The notes beneath the pieces are model-generated. The model saw only the letters and a list, made by a program, of their open reading frames with translations, was not told the DNA's origin and did not search any database. 64,000 bases of DNA from Kosakonia oryzendophytica (GTDB lineage Bacteria; Pseudomonadota; Gammaproteobacteria; Enterobacterales; Enterobacteriaceae). The position numbers and the translations under genes are program-made. Below are positions 1 through 11,869 of the stretch, one piece after another (position 1 is the stretch's first letter; each line of letters starts with the position of its first letter). The DNA lies in contig NZ_FMAY01000002.1 in the NCBI RefSeq assembly GCF_900094925.1, positions 1-64,000 on the forward strand, read 5' to 3'.

Positions 1-52
1 GCCGATGGTAGTGTGGGGTCTCCCCATGCGAGAGTAGGGAACTGCCAGGCAT
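1..52 (+). rRNA. rrf: 3' end of 5S ribosomal RNA (partial, runs off the window start)
   Basis: The sequence ends ...GGGAACTGCCAGGCAT, which is the canonical enterobacterial 5S 3' terminus. A strong terminator follows. Confidence 0.85.
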
Positions 53-63
53 CAAATAAAGCA

Positions 64-95
64 GAAGGCCCAGTCGGAAGACTGGGCCTTTTTGC
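64..95 (+). terminator. rho-independent terminator of the rrn operon
   Basis: GC-rich hairpin AGGCCCAGTC-GGAA-GACTGGGCCT followed by TTTTT. Confidence 0.85.
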
Positions 96-144
96 TATTG
101 TTTAGCCTGCACTGACTGCTAAAAAACTGCTAAAGGAAGTCGCC

Positions 145-576
145 ATGGCTGTTCTGTATGTCCAACTTTATAAAAACCGCATGGTTGTACGCAATCTTAA
201 TACCCATCAACACGTTTCCGGCCAGAAAGCTTTCAGCAATCAGCGGATCCTGGTCGCCGATTTCTTCCTCGCCGAAAAACTGTTGCATGACCTCATCCAA
301 CAGTTGATTCCTCGTTCTTTCTGGCAGAGCCTGCTTCCCGGCATGGGGCGCCTCGAAATCCTGTCACATGCGTTAGAAATGAACGAAGGTGGCCTGTCTG
401 CCGTCGAAGAGCGCGCTATCCTTGAAATGACATTTGGTGCATCGCATGGTAAATGTCGCAGCCCGCAGGTCATTGCCAGCCCGACTCCCCTCAGCGATCA
501 ACAAGTACTGGCGGCCCTGAGTCAGGCTAAAAAAACCGTTCCGGCAAGAGGCCGCAACGGTGAAATCATTCGCTAA
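145..576 (+). CDS. yjaA: YjaA-like stress-response protein (small conserved protein between rrnE and metA in E. coli)
   Basis: 143-aa ORF in the position that yjaA occupies in E. coli. It is identified from memory of the family and its position only. Confidence 0.5.
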   Translation: MAVLYVQLYKNRMVVRNLNTHQHVSGQKAFSNQRILVADFFLAEKLLHDLIQQLIPRSFWQSLLPGMGRLEILSHALEMNEGGLSAVEERAILEMTFGASHGKCRSPQVIASPTPLSDQQVLAALSQAKKTVPARGRNGEIIR

Positions 577-702
577 ACCAGCGGGGCGGGACGTGAAAAT
601 TTCTCACCTTCCACTTGCGATCTCGACATTTTGACAATTCCTGGGTATCTTCGGCTATCTGGATGTCTAAACGTTTAAACGTATGCAGTGAGGATATAAG
701 TT

Positions 703-1632
703 ATGCCGATTCGGGTGCAGGACGAGCTGCCAGCCGTCAACTTCTTACGTGATGAGAATGTCTTTGTAATGACGACCTCACGCGCAACAGTTCAGGAAAT
801 TCGTCCGCTGAAGGTGCTTATCCTCAACCTGATGCCGAAAAAAATTGAGACGGAAAACCAGTTCCTGCGCCTGCTGTCGAACTCACCGCTGCAGGTGGAT
901 GTGCGTCTGCTGCGTATCGACTCACGCGAGTCGCGCAATACGCCCGCCGAACACCTGAACACCTTTTATTGCAACTTCGATGAGATCTGCCACGAAAACT
1001 ACGATGGTTTGATCGTCACCGGCGCACCGTTAGGGTTGGTGGAGTTCAACGATGTTGCCTACTGGCCTCAAATTGAGCAGGTTCTGGAGTGGGCAAAAGA
1101 TCACGTCACCTCAACGCTCTTTGTCTGTTGGGCGGTACAGGCCGCACTAAACATCCTCTATGGCATTCCTAAGCAGACCCGCAGCGAAAAACTTTCAGGC
1201 GTATACGAACACCGCATTCTTCATCCTCATGCTTTACTGACCCGTGGGTTTGATGATGTATTTCTGGCTCCCCACTCCCGTTATGCCGACTTCCCGGCCG
1301 TATTGATCCGTGATTACACCGATCTGGATATTCTTGCGGAAACCGAAGGCGGAGATGCCTATCTGTTTGCCAGCAAGGACAAACGTATTGCCTTTGTCAC
1401 GGGGCATCCGGAATACGATGCCAACACACTGGCGAATGAGTACTTCCGCGATGTAGATGCCGGTCTGAGTCCGGAATTGCCGTACAACTATTTCCCGAAA
1501 GACGATCCGCAGAACACGCCGCACGCATCCTGGCGTAGTCATGGTAATTTGCTGTTCATCAACTGGCTTAACTACTACGTCTACCAGATTACGCCATTCG
1601 ATCTGAGTCATATGAATCCGACACTGGATTAA
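703..1632 (+). CDS. metA: homoserine O-succinyltransferase
   Basis: 309 aa, about 90% identical by eye to E. coli MetA ([26 protein letters not shown]...HMNPTLD). An RBS precedes it. Confidence 0.95.
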   Translation: MPIRVQDELPAVNFLRDENVFVMTTSRATVQEIRPLKVLILNLMPKKIETENQFLRLLSNSPLQVDVRLLRIDSRESRNTPAEHLNTFYCNFDEICHENYDGLIVTGAPLGLVEFNDVAYWPQIEQVLEWAKDHVTSTLFVCWAVQAALNILYGIPKQTRSEKLSGVYEHRILHPHALLTRGFDDVFLAPHSRYADFPAVLIRDYTDLDILAETEGGDAYLFASKDKRIAFVTGHPEYDANTLANEYFRDVDAGLSPELPYNYFPKDDPQNTPHASWRSHGNLLFINWLNYYVYQITPFDLSHMNPTLD

Positions 1633-1653
1633 GCGTTTCAGCCCTGCATTCCA

Positions 1654-1682
1654 GGCGCCTTCGGGCGCCTTTTTTATTTCCG
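1654..1682 (+). terminator. metA terminator
   Basis: GGCGCCTTCGGGCGCC hairpin plus a T-run immediately after the metA stop. Confidence 0.7.
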
Positions 1683-1739
1683 AAAATCACTTCACAGCAG
1701 CCTAAAAATATAATTCCAATGTTATCAGCAAGTTAAATT

Positions 1740-1860
1740 CATTTTACATTAAAAATGGAAATTGTTTTTGATTTTGGAAAAAGAATTGGCCAGGATTGAT
1801 CCTGCTGAACGAAAACTGCACACCCGATCTTCGTTCGCATTGGGAAATGTCTTCGATGCA
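1740..1860 (+). promoter_or_regulatory. aceBAK promoter region with a putative IclR operator (TGGAAAttgtttttgattTTGGAAA)
   Basis: AT-rich region upstream of aceB that contains repeated TGGAAA half-sites resembling the IclR box. Assigned by analogy to E. coli aceBp. Confidence 0.45.
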
Positions 1861-1878
1861 TAAATGAGGAGCCGTACC

Positions 1879-3480
1879 ATGACACAACAGGCGACAACAA
1901 CCGATGAACTGGCCTTTACGCAGCCCTATGGCGAGCAGGAAAAGCAGATCCTCACACCCGCGGCGGTGGAATTTCTGAGTGAGCTGGTCACCCGCTTTAC
2001 GCCAAAACGCAATCAGTTATTGGCTGCGCGACTGCGCCAGCAACAGCAGATCGATGCCGGAACGTTGCCTGGTTTTATTTCGGAAACAACTTCCATTCGT
2101 GAAAGCGACTGGACTATCCGGGGTATCCCAGACGATTTGCTCGATCGTCGGGTGGAGATCACCGGGCCGGTTGAGCGGAAAATGGTGATCAATGCACTCA
2201 ACGCGAATGTAAAAGTGTTTATGGCGGATTTTGAAGATTCGCTGGCACCGAACTGGGAAAAAGTGATCGACGGGCAGATCAACCTGCGTGATGCGGTTAA
2301 CGGTACCATCAGCTATACCAACGAGGCAGGCAAAATCTATCAACTCAAGCCCAACCCGGCGGTACTGGTTTGCCGCGTTCGCGGTTTGCACTTGCCAGAG
2401 AAGCACGTCACCTGGCGTGAAGAAGCCATCCCCGGCAGCCTGTTTGATTTTGCACTCTACTTTTTTCACAACCATAAAAACCTGCTCGCCAAAGGCAGCG
2501 GTCCCTATTTCTATCTGCCAAAAACCCAGTCCTGGCAAGAAGCGGCATGGTGGAGTGAGGTCTTTAGCTTTACGGAAGACCGCTTTAACCTGCCGCGCGG
2601 CACAATCAAAGCAACATTGTTGATTGAAACCCTGCCAGCGGTATTCCAGATGGATGAGATCCTGCATGCCCTGCGCGACCATATCGTCGGGCTTAATTGC
2701 GGGCGCTGGGATTATATTTTCAGCTATATCAAAACGTTAAAAAATTACCCGGACCGCGTTCTGCCCGATCGCCAGGTCGTGACGATGGACAAACCATTCC
2801 TGAGCGCTTATTCCCGCCTGCTGATCAAAACCTGTCATCGTCGCGGTGCATTTGCCATGGGCGGCATGGCGGCGTTTATCCCCAGTAAAGATACAGAACG
2901 TAATAACTGGGTACTGAATAAGGTTAAGGCAGATAAAGAACTTGAAGCCAAAAACGGTCATGACGGTACGTGGATTGCCCACCCGGGTCTTGGCGACACG
3001 GTGATGGAGGTGTTTAACGCGGCACTGGGCGACAACAAAAATCAGTTATCGGTGAGCCGTGAAGAGGATGCGCCGATCACCGCTGATCAACTGCTGGCAC
3101 CTTGTGAAGGCGAACGCACAGAAGAAGGCATGCGCGCCAACATTCGTGTGGCGGTGCAGTACATCGAAGCGTGGATCTCTGGTAACGGTTGTGTGCCGAT
3201 TTACGGACTGATGGAAGATGCCGCCACAGCAGAAATCTCCCGTACCTCCATCTGGCAATGGATCCACCACGAAAAAACGCTGAGCAACGGCAAAGCGGTG
3301 ACCAAAGCACTGTTCCGCCAGATGCTGGCTGAAGAGATGCTGGTTATTCAGGAAGAGTTGGGTGAACACCGCTTTAGCAGCGGGCGGTTTGATGATGCCG
3401 CACGCCTGATGGAGCAGATCACTACCTCCGATGAACTGATCGATTTCCTGACGTTGCCTGGCTATCGCCTGTTAGCGTAA
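1879..3480 (+). CDS. aceB: malate synthase A
   Basis: 533 aa ([13 protein letters not shown]...LPGYRLLA), near-identical to E. coli AceB. The ATG at 1879 sits after a GAGGA RBS. The in-frame upstream ATG at 1864 is unlikely to be the start. Confidence 0.95.
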   Translation: MTQQATTTDELAFTQPYGEQEKQILTPAAVEFLSELVTRFTPKRNQLLAARLRQQQQIDAGTLPGFISETTSIRESDWTIRGIPDDLLDRRVEITGPVERKMVINALNANVKVFMADFEDSLAPNWEKVIDGQINLRDAVNGTISYTNEAGKIYQLKPNPAVLVCRVRGLHLPEKHVTWREEAIPGSLFDFALYFFHNHKNLLAKGSGPYFYLPKTQSWQEAAWWSEVFSFTEDRFNLPRGTIKATLLIETLPAVFQMDEILHALRDHIVGLNCGRWDYIFSYIKTLKNYPDRVLPDRQVVTMDKPFLSAYSRLLIKTCHRRGAFAMGGMAAFIPSKDTERNNWVLNKVKADKELEAKNGHDGTWIAHPGLGDTVMEVFNAALGDNKNQLSVSREEDAPITADQLLAPCEGERTEEGMRANIRVAVQYIEAWISGNGCVPIYGLMEDAATAEISRTSIWQWIHHEKTLSNGKAVTKALFRQMLAEEMLVIQEELGEHRFSSGRFDDAARLMEQITTSDELIDFLTLPGYRLLA

Positions 3481-3514
3481 TTCACCCACCTGTCACACTA
3501 TGGAGCATCTGTAT

Positions 3515-4819
3515 ATGAAAACCCGTACCCAACAAATCGAAGCATTACAAAAAGAGTGGACACAACCGCGCTGGGAAGGCATTCGCCGCCCCTATACGGC
3601 GGAAGAGGTGGTGAAATTACGTGGCTCGGTAAACCCGGAATGTACGCTGGCGCAACTCGGTGCCGCCAAAATGTGGCGCTTGCTGCATGGCGAGTCGAAA
3701 AAAGGGTATATCAACAGCCTTGGTGCATTGACAGGTGGCCAGGCACTGCAACAAGCGAAAGCGGGTATTGAAGCTGTGTATCTCTCCGGCTGGCAGGTGG
3801 CGGCAGATGCAAACCTGGCCTCTAGCATGTATCCGGACCAGTCGCTGTATCCGGCAAACTCGGTGCCATCGGTGGTGGAGCGCATCAATAACACGTTCCG
3901 CCGTGCGGACCAGATTCAGTGGGCGGCAGGTATTGAGCCCGGTGATCCGCGCTTTGTCGATTATTTCCTGCCAATTGTTGCCGATGCCGAAGCCGGTTTT
4001 GGTGGGGTGCTGAACGCATTTGAACTGATGAAATCGATGATCGAAGCCGGTGCTGCGGCCGTTCACTTCGAAGACCAGCTTGCCTCGGTGAAGAAATGCG
4101 GTCACATGGGCGGGAAAGTGCTGGTACCCACCCAGGAAGCGGTGCAGAAACTGGTCGCCGCACGTCTTGCTGCGGATGTGCTTGGCGTACCAACCTTACT
4201 GGTTGCCCGTACCGACGCCGATGCCGCCGATCTGGTGACCTCCGACTGCGACCCGTATGACAGCGCTTTTATTACCGGTGAACGCACCAGTGAAGGTTTC
4301 TATCGTACCCACGCTGGTATCGAACAAGCCATCAGCCGTGGCCTGGCGTATGCGCCGTACGCCGATCTGGTGTGGTGCGAAACGTCAACGCCGGATCTTG
4401 AGATGGCCCGCCGTTTCGCCGAAGCCATCCACGCGAAATTCCCGGGCAAACTGCTGGCCTACAACTGTTCGCCATCGTTTAACTGGAAGAAAAATCTCGA
4501 TGACAGCACCATCGCGCGTTTCCAGCAGGCGCTGTCGGACATGGGGTACAAATTCCAGTTTATTACCCTCGCGGGCATCCACAGCATGTGGTTCAACATG
4601 TTCGATTTGGCTCACGCTTATGCACAAGGTGAGGGGATGAAACACTATGTTGAGAAGGTGCAACAGCCAGAGTTCGCGGCAGGTAAAGAGGGCTATACCT
4701 TTGTTTCGCATCAGCAGGAGGTCGGTACGGGCTACTTCGATAAGGTGACCACCATTATTCAGGGCGGAACCTCTTCGGTCACCGCGCTGACCGGGTCGAC
4801 GGAAGAAGCACAGTTCTGA
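3515..4819 (+). CDS. aceA: isocitrate lyase
   Basis: 434 aa (MKTRTQQIE...STEEAQF) matching E. coli AceA, including the KKCGHMGGK active-site motif. Confidence 0.95.
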   Translation: MKTRTQQIEALQKEWTQPRWEGIRRPYTAEEVVKLRGSVNPECTLAQLGAAKMWRLLHGESKKGYINSLGALTGGQALQQAKAGIEAVYLSGWQVAADANLASSMYPDQSLYPANSVPSVVERINNTFRRADQIQWAAGIEPGDPRFVDYFLPIVADAEAGFGGVLNAFELMKSMIEAGAAAVHFEDQLASVKKCGHMGGKVLVPTQEAVQKLVAARLAADVLGVPTLLVARTDADAADLVTSDCDPYDSAFITGERTSEGFYRTHAGIEQAISRGLAYAPYADLVWCETSTPDLEMARRFAEAIHAKFPGKLLAYNCSPSFNWKKNLDDSTIARFQQALSDMGYKFQFITLAGIHSMWFNMFDLAHAYAQGEGMKHYVEKVQQPEFAAGKEGYTFVSHQQEVGTGYFDKVTTIIQGGTSSVTALTGSTEEAQF

Positions 4820-4823
4820 TCTG

Positions 4824-4852
4824 TTCTCCCTCTCCCCACCGGGGGGAGGGAC
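4824..4852. repeat. REP-like palindromic hairpin in the aceA-aceK intergenic region
   Basis: CCCTCTCCCCACCGGGGGGAGGG perfect inverted repeat. It is the analogue of the intercistronic REP hairpin known in E. coli aceBAK. Confidence 0.7.
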
Positions 4853-4867
4853 CAATGAGGGAAAACT

Positions 4868-6616
4868 ATGTCGCGTGGCCTGGAACTGCTGATTGCACAA
4901 ACGATCTTACAGGGCTTTGATGCTCAATATGGGCGGTTTCTGGAAGTGACCTCCGGCGCGCAGCAGCGCTTTGAGCAGGCAGACTGGCAGGCCGTCCAGC
5001 AGGCCATGAAACAGCGTATCCACCTCTATGATCATCATGTGGGACTGGTGGTGGAACAGTTGCGCTGCATCACAGACAGCCAAAGCCCGGATGCCGCTTT
5101 CCTGTTGCGGGTAAAAGAGCACTACACTCAATTATTGCCGGACTACCCACGCTTTGAAATTGCCGAAAGTTTCTTTAACTCCGTCTATTGCCGCCTGTTT
5201 GATCACCGTTCACTGACGCCGGAACGCTTGTTTATCTTCAGTTCGCAGCCCGAGCGGCGTTTTCGCACCATTCCACGCCCGCTGGCGAAAGCATTCTGGC
5301 CGGAGCGAGGCTGGGAGGCACTGCTGACCAAAGTCCTGTCTGATTTGCCGTTGCGTCTGCCTTGGCAGGATAAAGCACGTGATGTCGGCTATATCGCGGC
5401 GCATCTGACGGATGCATTTGGCCCGGAAACCCTGAACCAGTCGCATTTGCAGGTCGCAAATGAGCTGTTCTACCGTAACAAAGCGGCCTGGCTGGTCGGT
5501 AAGCTGATCACGCCTGCCGCGACGCTGCCCTTTTTGCTGCCGATTCATCGCAGTGATGACGGGGAACTGTTTGTTGATACCTGCCTGACCACCCACGCCG
5601 AGGCGAGTATCGTGTTTGGTTTCGCCCGTTCCTATTTTATGGTCTATGCCCCGCTGCCTGCTGCTACCGTGGAGTGGTTGCGTGAAATCCTCCCCGGAAA
5701 GACCACCGCAGAGTTGTACATGGCGATTGGCTGCCAGAAACATGGCAAAACGGAAAGTTATCGCGAGTATCTGAACTACATCAACGCCAGCGATGAGCAA
5801 TTTATTGAAGCGCCGGGGATCCGCGGTATGGTGATGCTGGTATTTACACTGCCGGGCTTCGATCGGGTATTCAAGGTGATCAAGGACGTGTTCCCGCCGC
5901 AAAAGGAGATGAGTGCGGCTCATGTCCGCGCCTGCTATCAGTTGGTTAAAGAACACGATCGCGTCGGGCGCATGGCCGATACGCAAGAGTTTGAAAACTT
6001 CGTACTGGAAAAGCGGCAAATTTCACCGGCATTAATGGCGTTATTACAGGAGCAGGCACCGGGCAAGATCACCGATCTCGGCGATCGCATTGCGATAAGC
6101 CATCTCTATATTGAGCGGCGGATGGTGCCGCTCAACCTGTGGTTTGAGCAGGTCACAGGCCAGCAACTGCGCGATGCGGTGGAAGAGTACGGCAATGCTA
6201 TTCGCCAACTGGCCGCCGCCAATATCTTCCCCGGCGATATGTTATTTAAAAATTTCGGCGTCACCCGACACGGGCGGGTGGTGTTCTATGACTACGACGA
6301 AATTTGCTATATGACCGAAGTGAATTTTCGCGATATCCCTGCGCCGCGTTATCCGGAAGATGAGCTCAGCGCTGAGCCCTGGTACAGCGTTGCCCCTGGA
6401 GATGTTTTCCCGGAGGAGTTTCGTCACTGGCTGTGCGCCGACCCGAAAATTGGCCCACTGTTTGAGGAGATGCACGCTGATTTATTACGTGCTGACTACT
6501 GGCGCGGGCTGCAAATGCGCATCCGCAACGGGCATGTGGAAGATGTTTACGCCTACCGCAGGCGTCAGCGCTTTAGCGTACGCTTTGGCGCAACCGCGTT
6601 ACGGCAGGCAGGATAG
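4868..6616 (+). CDS. aceK: isocitrate dehydrogenase kinase/phosphatase
   Basis: 582 aa ([35 protein letters not shown]...), near-identical to E. coli AceK. Confidence 0.95.
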   Translation: MSRGLELLIAQTILQGFDAQYGRFLEVTSGAQQRFEQADWQAVQQAMKQRIHLYDHHVGLVVEQLRCITDSQSPDAAFLLRVKEHYTQLLPDYPRFEIAESFFNSVYCRLFDHRSLTPERLFIFSSQPERRFRTIPRPLAKAFWPERGWEALLTKVLSDLPLRLPWQDKARDVGYIAAHLTDAFGPETLNQSHLQVANELFYRNKAAWLVGKLITPAATLPFLLPIHRSDDGELFVDTCLTTHAEASIVFGFARSYFMVYAPLPAATVEWLREILPGKTTAELYMAIGCQKHGKTESYREYLNYINASDEQFIEAPGIRGMVMLVFTLPGFDRVFKVIKDVFPPQKEMSAAHVRACYQLVKEHDRVGRMADTQEFENFVLEKRQISPALMALLQEQAPGKITDLGDRIAISHLYIERRMVPLNLWFEQVTGQQLRDAVEEYGNAIRQLAAANIFPGDMLFKNFGVTRHGRVVFYDYDEICYMTEVNFRDIPAPRYPEDELSAEPWYSVAPGDVFPEEFRHWLCADPKIGPLFEEMHADLLRADYWRGLQMRIRNGHVEDVYAYRRRQRFSVRFGATALRQAG

Positions 6617-6617
6617 G

Positions 6618-6878
6618 TCAGGTAAAGTAGTAACGCACCACATGGAAGAAAATGGGGGCGGCCAAACAGGCGAACAGCAGCAGACCGCGCTGCAGGGTAA
6701 TATTTTCAACCCGCCAGACGGCGAGGAAGCCGAGACAAGAGAGTATCGCAAAGACAATGCTGAACAGCGGAATGGTGTCTGGCGTGCAACCCTTTTGGCG
6801 TAAATACCGGGCAGCGGCCGCCGCCCAGCGTGTATTGTGCGTCCGGACCGGACGGCGCTCGTGAACTTCCCTGGTCAT
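6618..6878 (-). CDS. hypothetical small membrane protein (two hydrophobic helices); the E. coli arpA gene is absent here
   Basis: 86-aa ORF with two clear hydrophobic segments lying between aceK and iclR. No recognisable motif. The call is weak and depends on the start chosen. Confidence 0.3.
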   Translation of the reverse strand: MTREVHERRPVRTHNTRWAAAAARYLRQKGCTPDTIPLFSIVFAILSCLGFLAVWRVENITLQRGLLLFACLAAPIFFHVVRYYFT

Positions 6879-6935
6879 CGGACATATCTCGTAAGACGAG
6901 TAAAAAATGGACGGGCGGTATATAACTTTTTGAAG

Positions 6936-7760
6936 TTAACGCATTCCTCCAAATTCCAGGGTAACCTCTTTTGCCCCGCGGATCACCATCGCGCCCAGTT
7001 CCGTCACACGATCGTCGGTAATGCGCGACAGCGGCCCGGAGATAGAGATAGCCGCAAACGGCTGGCCGTGTTCGTCATAAATACAAGACGCCACGCAGCG
7101 CAGGCCGAGCGCATGCTCTTCATCATCGAACGAGTAGCCCCGTTTGCGCGTCTGGGCGAGATCCTCTTTCAGGTGCACTGGCGAAACCAGCGTCGCATGG
7201 GTGTAAGCATGCAGCCCTTTACGGTGCAGTAAGCTGCTGACCTGTTCATCATTCAGATTGGCTAAAAACGCTTTACCCGCGCCGGAAGCATGCATCGGCA
7301 ATTTACCGCCAATGGGCGCTGACATGCGCATCAGTTGGGTACATTGCACTTGATCGATAATAATTGCCTGATGATCGCTTTGATCCAGTACGGCAAGGTT
7401 GACCGTTTCCCCGGACGCCTCCATTAATTTACGCAGGATCGGGTGCACAATGGCCATCAGGTTGCGGCTTTGCAAAAAGCTGCTGCCAACGATGAACGCA
7501 TGCGCCCCCACCGACCAGTGGCCCAGATCGCCAACCTGGCGAACAAAGCCCAGTTGTTGCATGGTGGTCAGTAAACGGTGGGTAGTGGAGTTCGGCAAAC
7601 CCGCCTGTTGCGCCAGTTCGGTCAGTGCGACGCTGCCGTGGGATTCGGCTATCCATTCCAGCAGTTTCAGGCCGCGGGTCAGTGACTGGACTTGCCCACC
7701 GGCCGGTGCGGCGGGAGTCGTGGCTTTTCTACCCCGTTTAGCGGGAACGGAAGCAACCAT
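6936..7760 (-). CDS. iclR: glyoxylate-shunt transcriptional repressor IclR
   Basis: 274 aa (MVASVPAKRGRK...QSLTRGLKLLEWIAES...), near-identical to E. coli IclR. Confidence 0.95.
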   Translation of the reverse strand: MVASVPAKRGRKATTPAAPAGGQVQSLTRGLKLLEWIAESHGSVALTELAQQAGLPNSTTHRLLTTMQQLGFVRQVGDLGHWSVGAHAFIVGSSFLQSRNLMAIVHPILRKLMEASGETVNLAVLDQSDHQAIIIDQVQCTQLMRMSAPIGGKLPMHASGAGKAFLANLNDEQVSSLLHRKGLHAYTHATLVSPVHLKEDLAQTRKRGYSFDDEEHALGLRCVASCIYDEHGQPFAAISISGPLSRITDDRVTELGAMVIRGAKEVTLEFGGMR

Positions 7761-7954
7761 GGCTGGCTCCTTTTTCTGTATCGTGGAAATAATTTTCGTT
7801 TTAAGTGAGTATAACGCAACTCCGTTGCAGACTGATCGGATGAGTGATGCTGAACATCTCTCATGTTAACCCAGCGCCGCTTTTCCGGTCTGTTACTTTG
7901 TGCCAGTATGTCCTGCTGGCCTTTTGGCCTGATTGAGCGTTGTCGGGAGCACGT

Positions 7955-10900
7955 GTGAGCAGCAAAGTTGAGCAACTGAAACAGCAATTAAACGAAAGAA
8001 TTCTGGTTCTGGATGGGGGCATGGGCACCATGATCCAGAGCTACCGTTTGAGTGAGCAGGATTTTCGCGGCGAGCGCTTCGCCGACTGGCCCTGCGATCT
8101 GAAAGGTAACAACGACTTGCTGGTGCTCAGCAAGCCGGAGGTGATTGCCGCCATCCATGACGCCTACTTTGCGGCGGGTGCCGACATCATCGAAACCAAT
8201 ACCTTCAACTCAACGACCATCGCCATGGCGGATTACCAGATGGAATCCCTGTCGGCGGAGATCAACTTTGCCGCGGCCAAACTGGCCCGTGCCAGCGCGG
8301 ACAAGTGGACTGCACAAACCCCGGACAAGCCGCGTTACGTGGCGGGGGTGCTTGGCCCAACCAACCGCACTGCCTCTATCTCACCGGATGTGAACGATCC
8401 GGCGTTTCGTAACATCTCGTTCGATCAACTGGTCGCTGCTTATCGTGAGTCAACCAAAGCGCTGGTGGAAGGCGGATCGGACCTGATCCTTATCGAAACG
8501 GTGTTCGACACGCTGAATGCCAAGGCGGCGATCTTCGCCGTTAAAGAGGAGTTCGATGCGCTGGGCGTCGAACTGCCGATCATGATTTCCGGCACCATTA
8601 CCGATGCGTCCGGGCGTACGCTCTCCGGTCAGACGACCGAAGCATTTTATAACTCGCTGCGCCACGCCGATGCGCTCACCTTCGGCCTGAACTGCGCCCT
8701 GGGGCCGGATGAATTACGCCAGTACGTGCAGGAACTGTCGCGCATTGCGGAATGCTACGTTACCGCGCACCCGAACGCCGGTCTGCCGAACGCCTTCGGC
8801 GAGTACGATCTGGATGCCGACACCATGGCCACGCAGATCCGAGAATGGGCGCAAGCGGGCTTCCTGAATATTGTCGGTGGCTGCTGCGGCACTACGCCGG
8901 AGCATATCGCTGCCATGAGCCGCGCGGTTGCCGGTTTGCCGCCGCGTAAGTTGCCGGACGTGCCTGTCGCCTGTCGTCTGGCGGGGCTCGAACCGCTGAA
9001 CATTGGTGACGACAGCTTGTTTGTGAACGTGGGCGAACGTACCAACGTCACCGGTTCCGCTAAATTCAAACGTCTGATTAAAGAAGAAAAATACAGCGAA
9101 GCGCTGGACGTGGCGCGTCAGCAGGTGGAAAGTGGCGCACAAATCATCGACATCAACATGGATGAAGGGATGCTCGACGCGGAAGCGGCGATGGTGCGTT
9201 TCCTCAACCTGATTGCCGGTGAGCCGGATATTGCCCGGGTGCCGATCATGATCGACTCCTCCAAATGGGAGGTGATTGAAAAAGGGCTGAAATGCATTCA
9301 GGGCAAAGGCATCGTCAACTCCATCTCGATGAAAGAAGGGGTTGAGTCCTTTATTCACCATGCGAAGCGGGTTCGCCGCTACGGCGCGGCGGTGGTGGTG
9401 ATGGCGTTTGACGAAGTAGGTCAGGCGGATACTCGCGAGCGCAAAATCGAAATCTGCCGCCGCGCTTACCACATCCTCACTGAAGAGGTGGGCTTCCCGC
9501 CGGAAGACATTATCTTCGACCCGAACATTTTTGCTGTCGCAACCGGTATCGAAGAGCATAACAACTACGCACAGGACTTTATTGGCGCATGTGAAGATAT
9601 CAAGCGCGAACTGCCGCATGCACTCATCTCTGGCGGCGTCTCTAACGTGTCGTTCTCTTTCCGTGGTAACGATCCGGTGCGTGAGGCGATCCACGCCGTG
9701 TTCCTTTATTACGCCATTCGCAACGGTATGGACATGGGTATCGTCAACGCCGGGCAACTGGCTATCTACGACGATCTCCCTGCGGAACTGCGTGATGGCG
9801 TAGAAGATGTGATCCTCAACCGCCGCGACGATGCGACGGAACGTATGCTCGAACTGGCAGAGAAATACCGCGGCAGTAAAGCCGCCGACGACGGCGCTAA
9901 TGCGCAACAAGCGGAATGGCGTAATTGGGATGTGAAAAAACGCCTCGAATATTCGTTGGTAAAAGGCATTACGGAATTTATTGAACTGGATACCGAAGAA
10001 GCCCGCCAACAGGCTGCGCGCCCGATTGAAGTGATCGAGGGGCCGCTGATGGATGGCATGAACGTGGTCGGCGATCTGTTCGGTGAAGGGAAAATGTTCC
10101 TGCCGCAGGTGGTGAAATCTGCCCGCGTGATGAAGCAAGCGGTCGCGTATCTGGAGCCGTATATCGAAGCCAGCAAAGAGCAGGGTAAGAGCAACGGCAA
10201 GATGGTGATCGCCACAGTGAAGGGCGACGTGCACGATATCGGGAAAAACATCGTTGGTGTGGTGCTGCAATGTAACAACTACGAGATTATCGATCTTGGC
10301 GTGATGGTGCCTGCCGACAAGATCCTGAAGACCGCGCGTGAAGAAAACGCTGACCTGATTGGTCTCTCCGGTCTTATCACTCCGTCGCTGGACGAAATGG
10401 TTAATGTGGCGAAAGAGATGGAACGCCAGGGCTTTACCATTCCGCTACTGATAGGTGGTGCGACCACCTCGAAAGCGCACACGGCAGTGAAAATCGAGCA
10501 AAACTATAGCGGGCCGACGGTATATGTGCAGAACGCGTCGCGCACCGTGGGCGTGGTGGCTTCCCTCCTGTCCGACACCCAGCATGATGATTTTGTGGCT
10601 CGCACCCGGAAAGAGTATGAAACCGTGCGCATCCAGCACGCGCGTAAAAAACCGCGTACACCGCCGGTGACTTTGCAGGCAGCGCGGGAGAACGACCTGG
10701 CTTTCGACTGGGCAAGCTATACGCCGCCAGTGGCGCACCGGCTGGGCGTGCAGGACGTGACCGCCAGCATTGAGACGCTGCGCAACTATATCGACTGGAC
10801 GCCGTTCTTTATGACCTGGTCGCTGGCAGGGAAATACCCGCGCATTCTGGAAGATGAGGTGGTGGGTGAAGAGGCAAAACGCTTGTTTGCCGATGCGAAT

Positions 10901-11641
10901 GAGATGCTCGATAAACTGAGTGCGGAAAAACTGCTCAATCCACGCGGAGTGGTGGGGCTGTTCCCGGCGAATCGCGTGGGCGATGACATTGAAATTTATC
11001 GCGACGAAACCCGCACACAGGTTCTGACAGTGGGTTGTCATCTGCGTCAGCAAACAGAAAAAGTGGGCTTTGCTAACTACTGTCTGGCGGATTTCGTTGC
11101 GCCAAAACAGAGCGGCAAAGCGGATTACATCGGTGCGTTCGCGGTGACTGGTGGGCTTGAGGAAGATGCGCTGGCAGAGGCCTACGATGCGGCGCATGAC
11201 GATTACAACAAAATCATGGTGAAAGCCGTCGCCGATCGTCTGGCTGAAGCGTTTGCCGAATATTTGCACGAGCGGGTACGTAAAGTGTACTGGGGCTATG
11301 CACCCACTGAAAACCTCAGCAATGACGAACTGATCCGTGAAAATTATCAAGGGATCCGCCCGGCTCCCGGCTACCCCGCTTGTCCGGAACACACTGAGAA
11401 AGGGACGATTTGGCAACTGCTGGATGTGGAAAAGCATACCGGCATGAAGCTGACGGAGTCTTTTGCGATGTGGCCTGGCGCGTCCGTTTCCGGATGGTAT
11501 TTCAGCCACCCGGACAGCAAGTATTTTGCTGTGGCGCAGTTGCAGCGGGATCAGGTTGAAGATTATGCACGGCGCAAAGGCATGTCGGTGGCGGAAGTTG
11601 AACGCTGGCTGGCACCCAATTTAGGCTACGATGCGGACTGA
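7955..11641 (+). CDS. metH: cobalamin-dependent methionine synthase
   Basis: About 1228 aa ([24 protein letters not shown]...APNLGYDAD), collinear with E. coli MetH. GTG start at 7955 after a GGGAG RBS, as in E. coli. The ORF-track start at 7940 is a TTG. Confidence 0.95.
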   Translation: MSSKVEQLKQQLNERILVLDGGMGTMIQSYRLSEQDFRGERFADWPCDLKGNNDLLVLSKPEVIAAIHDAYFAAGADIIETNTFNSTTIAMADYQMESLSAEINFAAAKLARASADKWTAQTPDKPRYVAGVLGPTNRTASISPDVNDPAFRNISFDQLVAAYRESTKALVEGGSDLILIETVFDTLNAKAAIFAVKEEFDALGVELPIMISGTITDASGRTLSGQTTEAFYNSLRHADALTFGLNCALGPDELRQYVQELSRIAECYVTAHPNAGLPNAFGEYDLDADTMATQIREWAQAGFLNIVGGCCGTTPEHIAAMSRAVAGLPPRKLPDVPVACRLAGLEPLNIGDDSLFVNVGERTNVTGSAKFKRLIKEEKYSEALDVARQQVESGAQIIDINMDEGMLDAEAAMVRFLNLIAGEPDIARVPIMIDSSKWEVIEKGLKCIQGKGIVNSISMKEGVESFIHHAKRVRRYGAAVVVMAFDEVGQADTRERKIEICRRAYHILTEEVGFPPEDIIFDPNIFAVATGIEEHNNYAQDFIGACEDIKRELPHALISGGVSNVSFSFRGNDPVREAIHAVFLYYAIRNGMDMGIVNAGQLAIYDDLPAELRDGVEDVILNRRDDATERMLELAEKYRGSKAADDGANAQQAEWRNWDVKKRLEYSLVKGITEFIELDTEEARQQAARPIEVIEGPLMDGMNVVGDLFGEGKMFLPQVVKSARVMKQAVAYLEPYIEASKEQGKSNGKMVIATVKGDVHDIGKNIVGVVLQCNNYEIIDLGVMVPADKILKTAREENADLIGLSGLITPSLDEMVNVAKEMERQGFTIPLLIGGATTSKAHTAVKIEQNYSGPTVYVQNASRTVGVVASLLSDTQHDDFVARTRKEYETVRIQHARKKPRTPPVTLQAARENDLAFDWASYTPPVAHRLGVQDVTASIETLRNYIDWTPFFMTWSLAGKYPRILEDEVVGEEAKRLFADANEMLDKLSAEKLLNPRGVVGLFPANRVGDDIEIYRDETRTQVLTVGCHLRQQTEKVGFANYCLADFVAPKQSGKADYIGAFAVTGGLEEDALAEAYDAAHDDYNKIMVKAVADRLAEAFAEYLHERVRKVYWGYAPTENLSNDELIRENYQGIRPAPGYPACPEHTEKGTIWQLLDVEKHTGMKLTESFAMWPGASVSGWYFSHPDSKYFAVAQLQRDQVEDYARRKGMSVAEVERWLAPNLGYDAD

Positions 11642-11647
11642 TTCCAG

Positions 11648-11676
11648 AAGGGCATTTTTTAATGCCCTTTTTCATT
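11648..11676 (+). terminator. metH terminator
   Basis: GAAGGGCATTTTTTAATGCCCTTTTTC hairpin followed by a T-run. Confidence 0.8.
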
Positions 11677-11869
11677 GTTATTTCATTTGTGCGAAACAAT
11701 TGTGAAGCAAACATAATACAAATTGAAACTAAGAACATTCTTAAAAGTGGATATTTTCTTAGACCCTTGTTCACCTTCATGCGTATGATAGTCGTTCGGC
11801 TAAAAGGCAAGATTGCTTACTCTTTTGCGCTTCATTTAATTGTCATAAATTTAACTTAGGTGTTATGAA

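Noticed and set aside
1864-1878. Upstream in-frame ATG extending aceB by 5 codons (and similar N-terminal extensions in the ORF track for aceA, pgi, lamB, qor, dnaB, yjbF, tyrB and the NTase)
   Set aside because: In each case a downstream start has a proper RBS and reproduces the conserved N-terminus of the E. coli orthologue. The extensions are ORF-caller artefacts.
8714-10270. 518-aa ORF on the minus strand
   Set aside because: It is entirely antisense within metH. It is a long stop-free frame typical of GC-rich coding DNA, with no RBS or start context.
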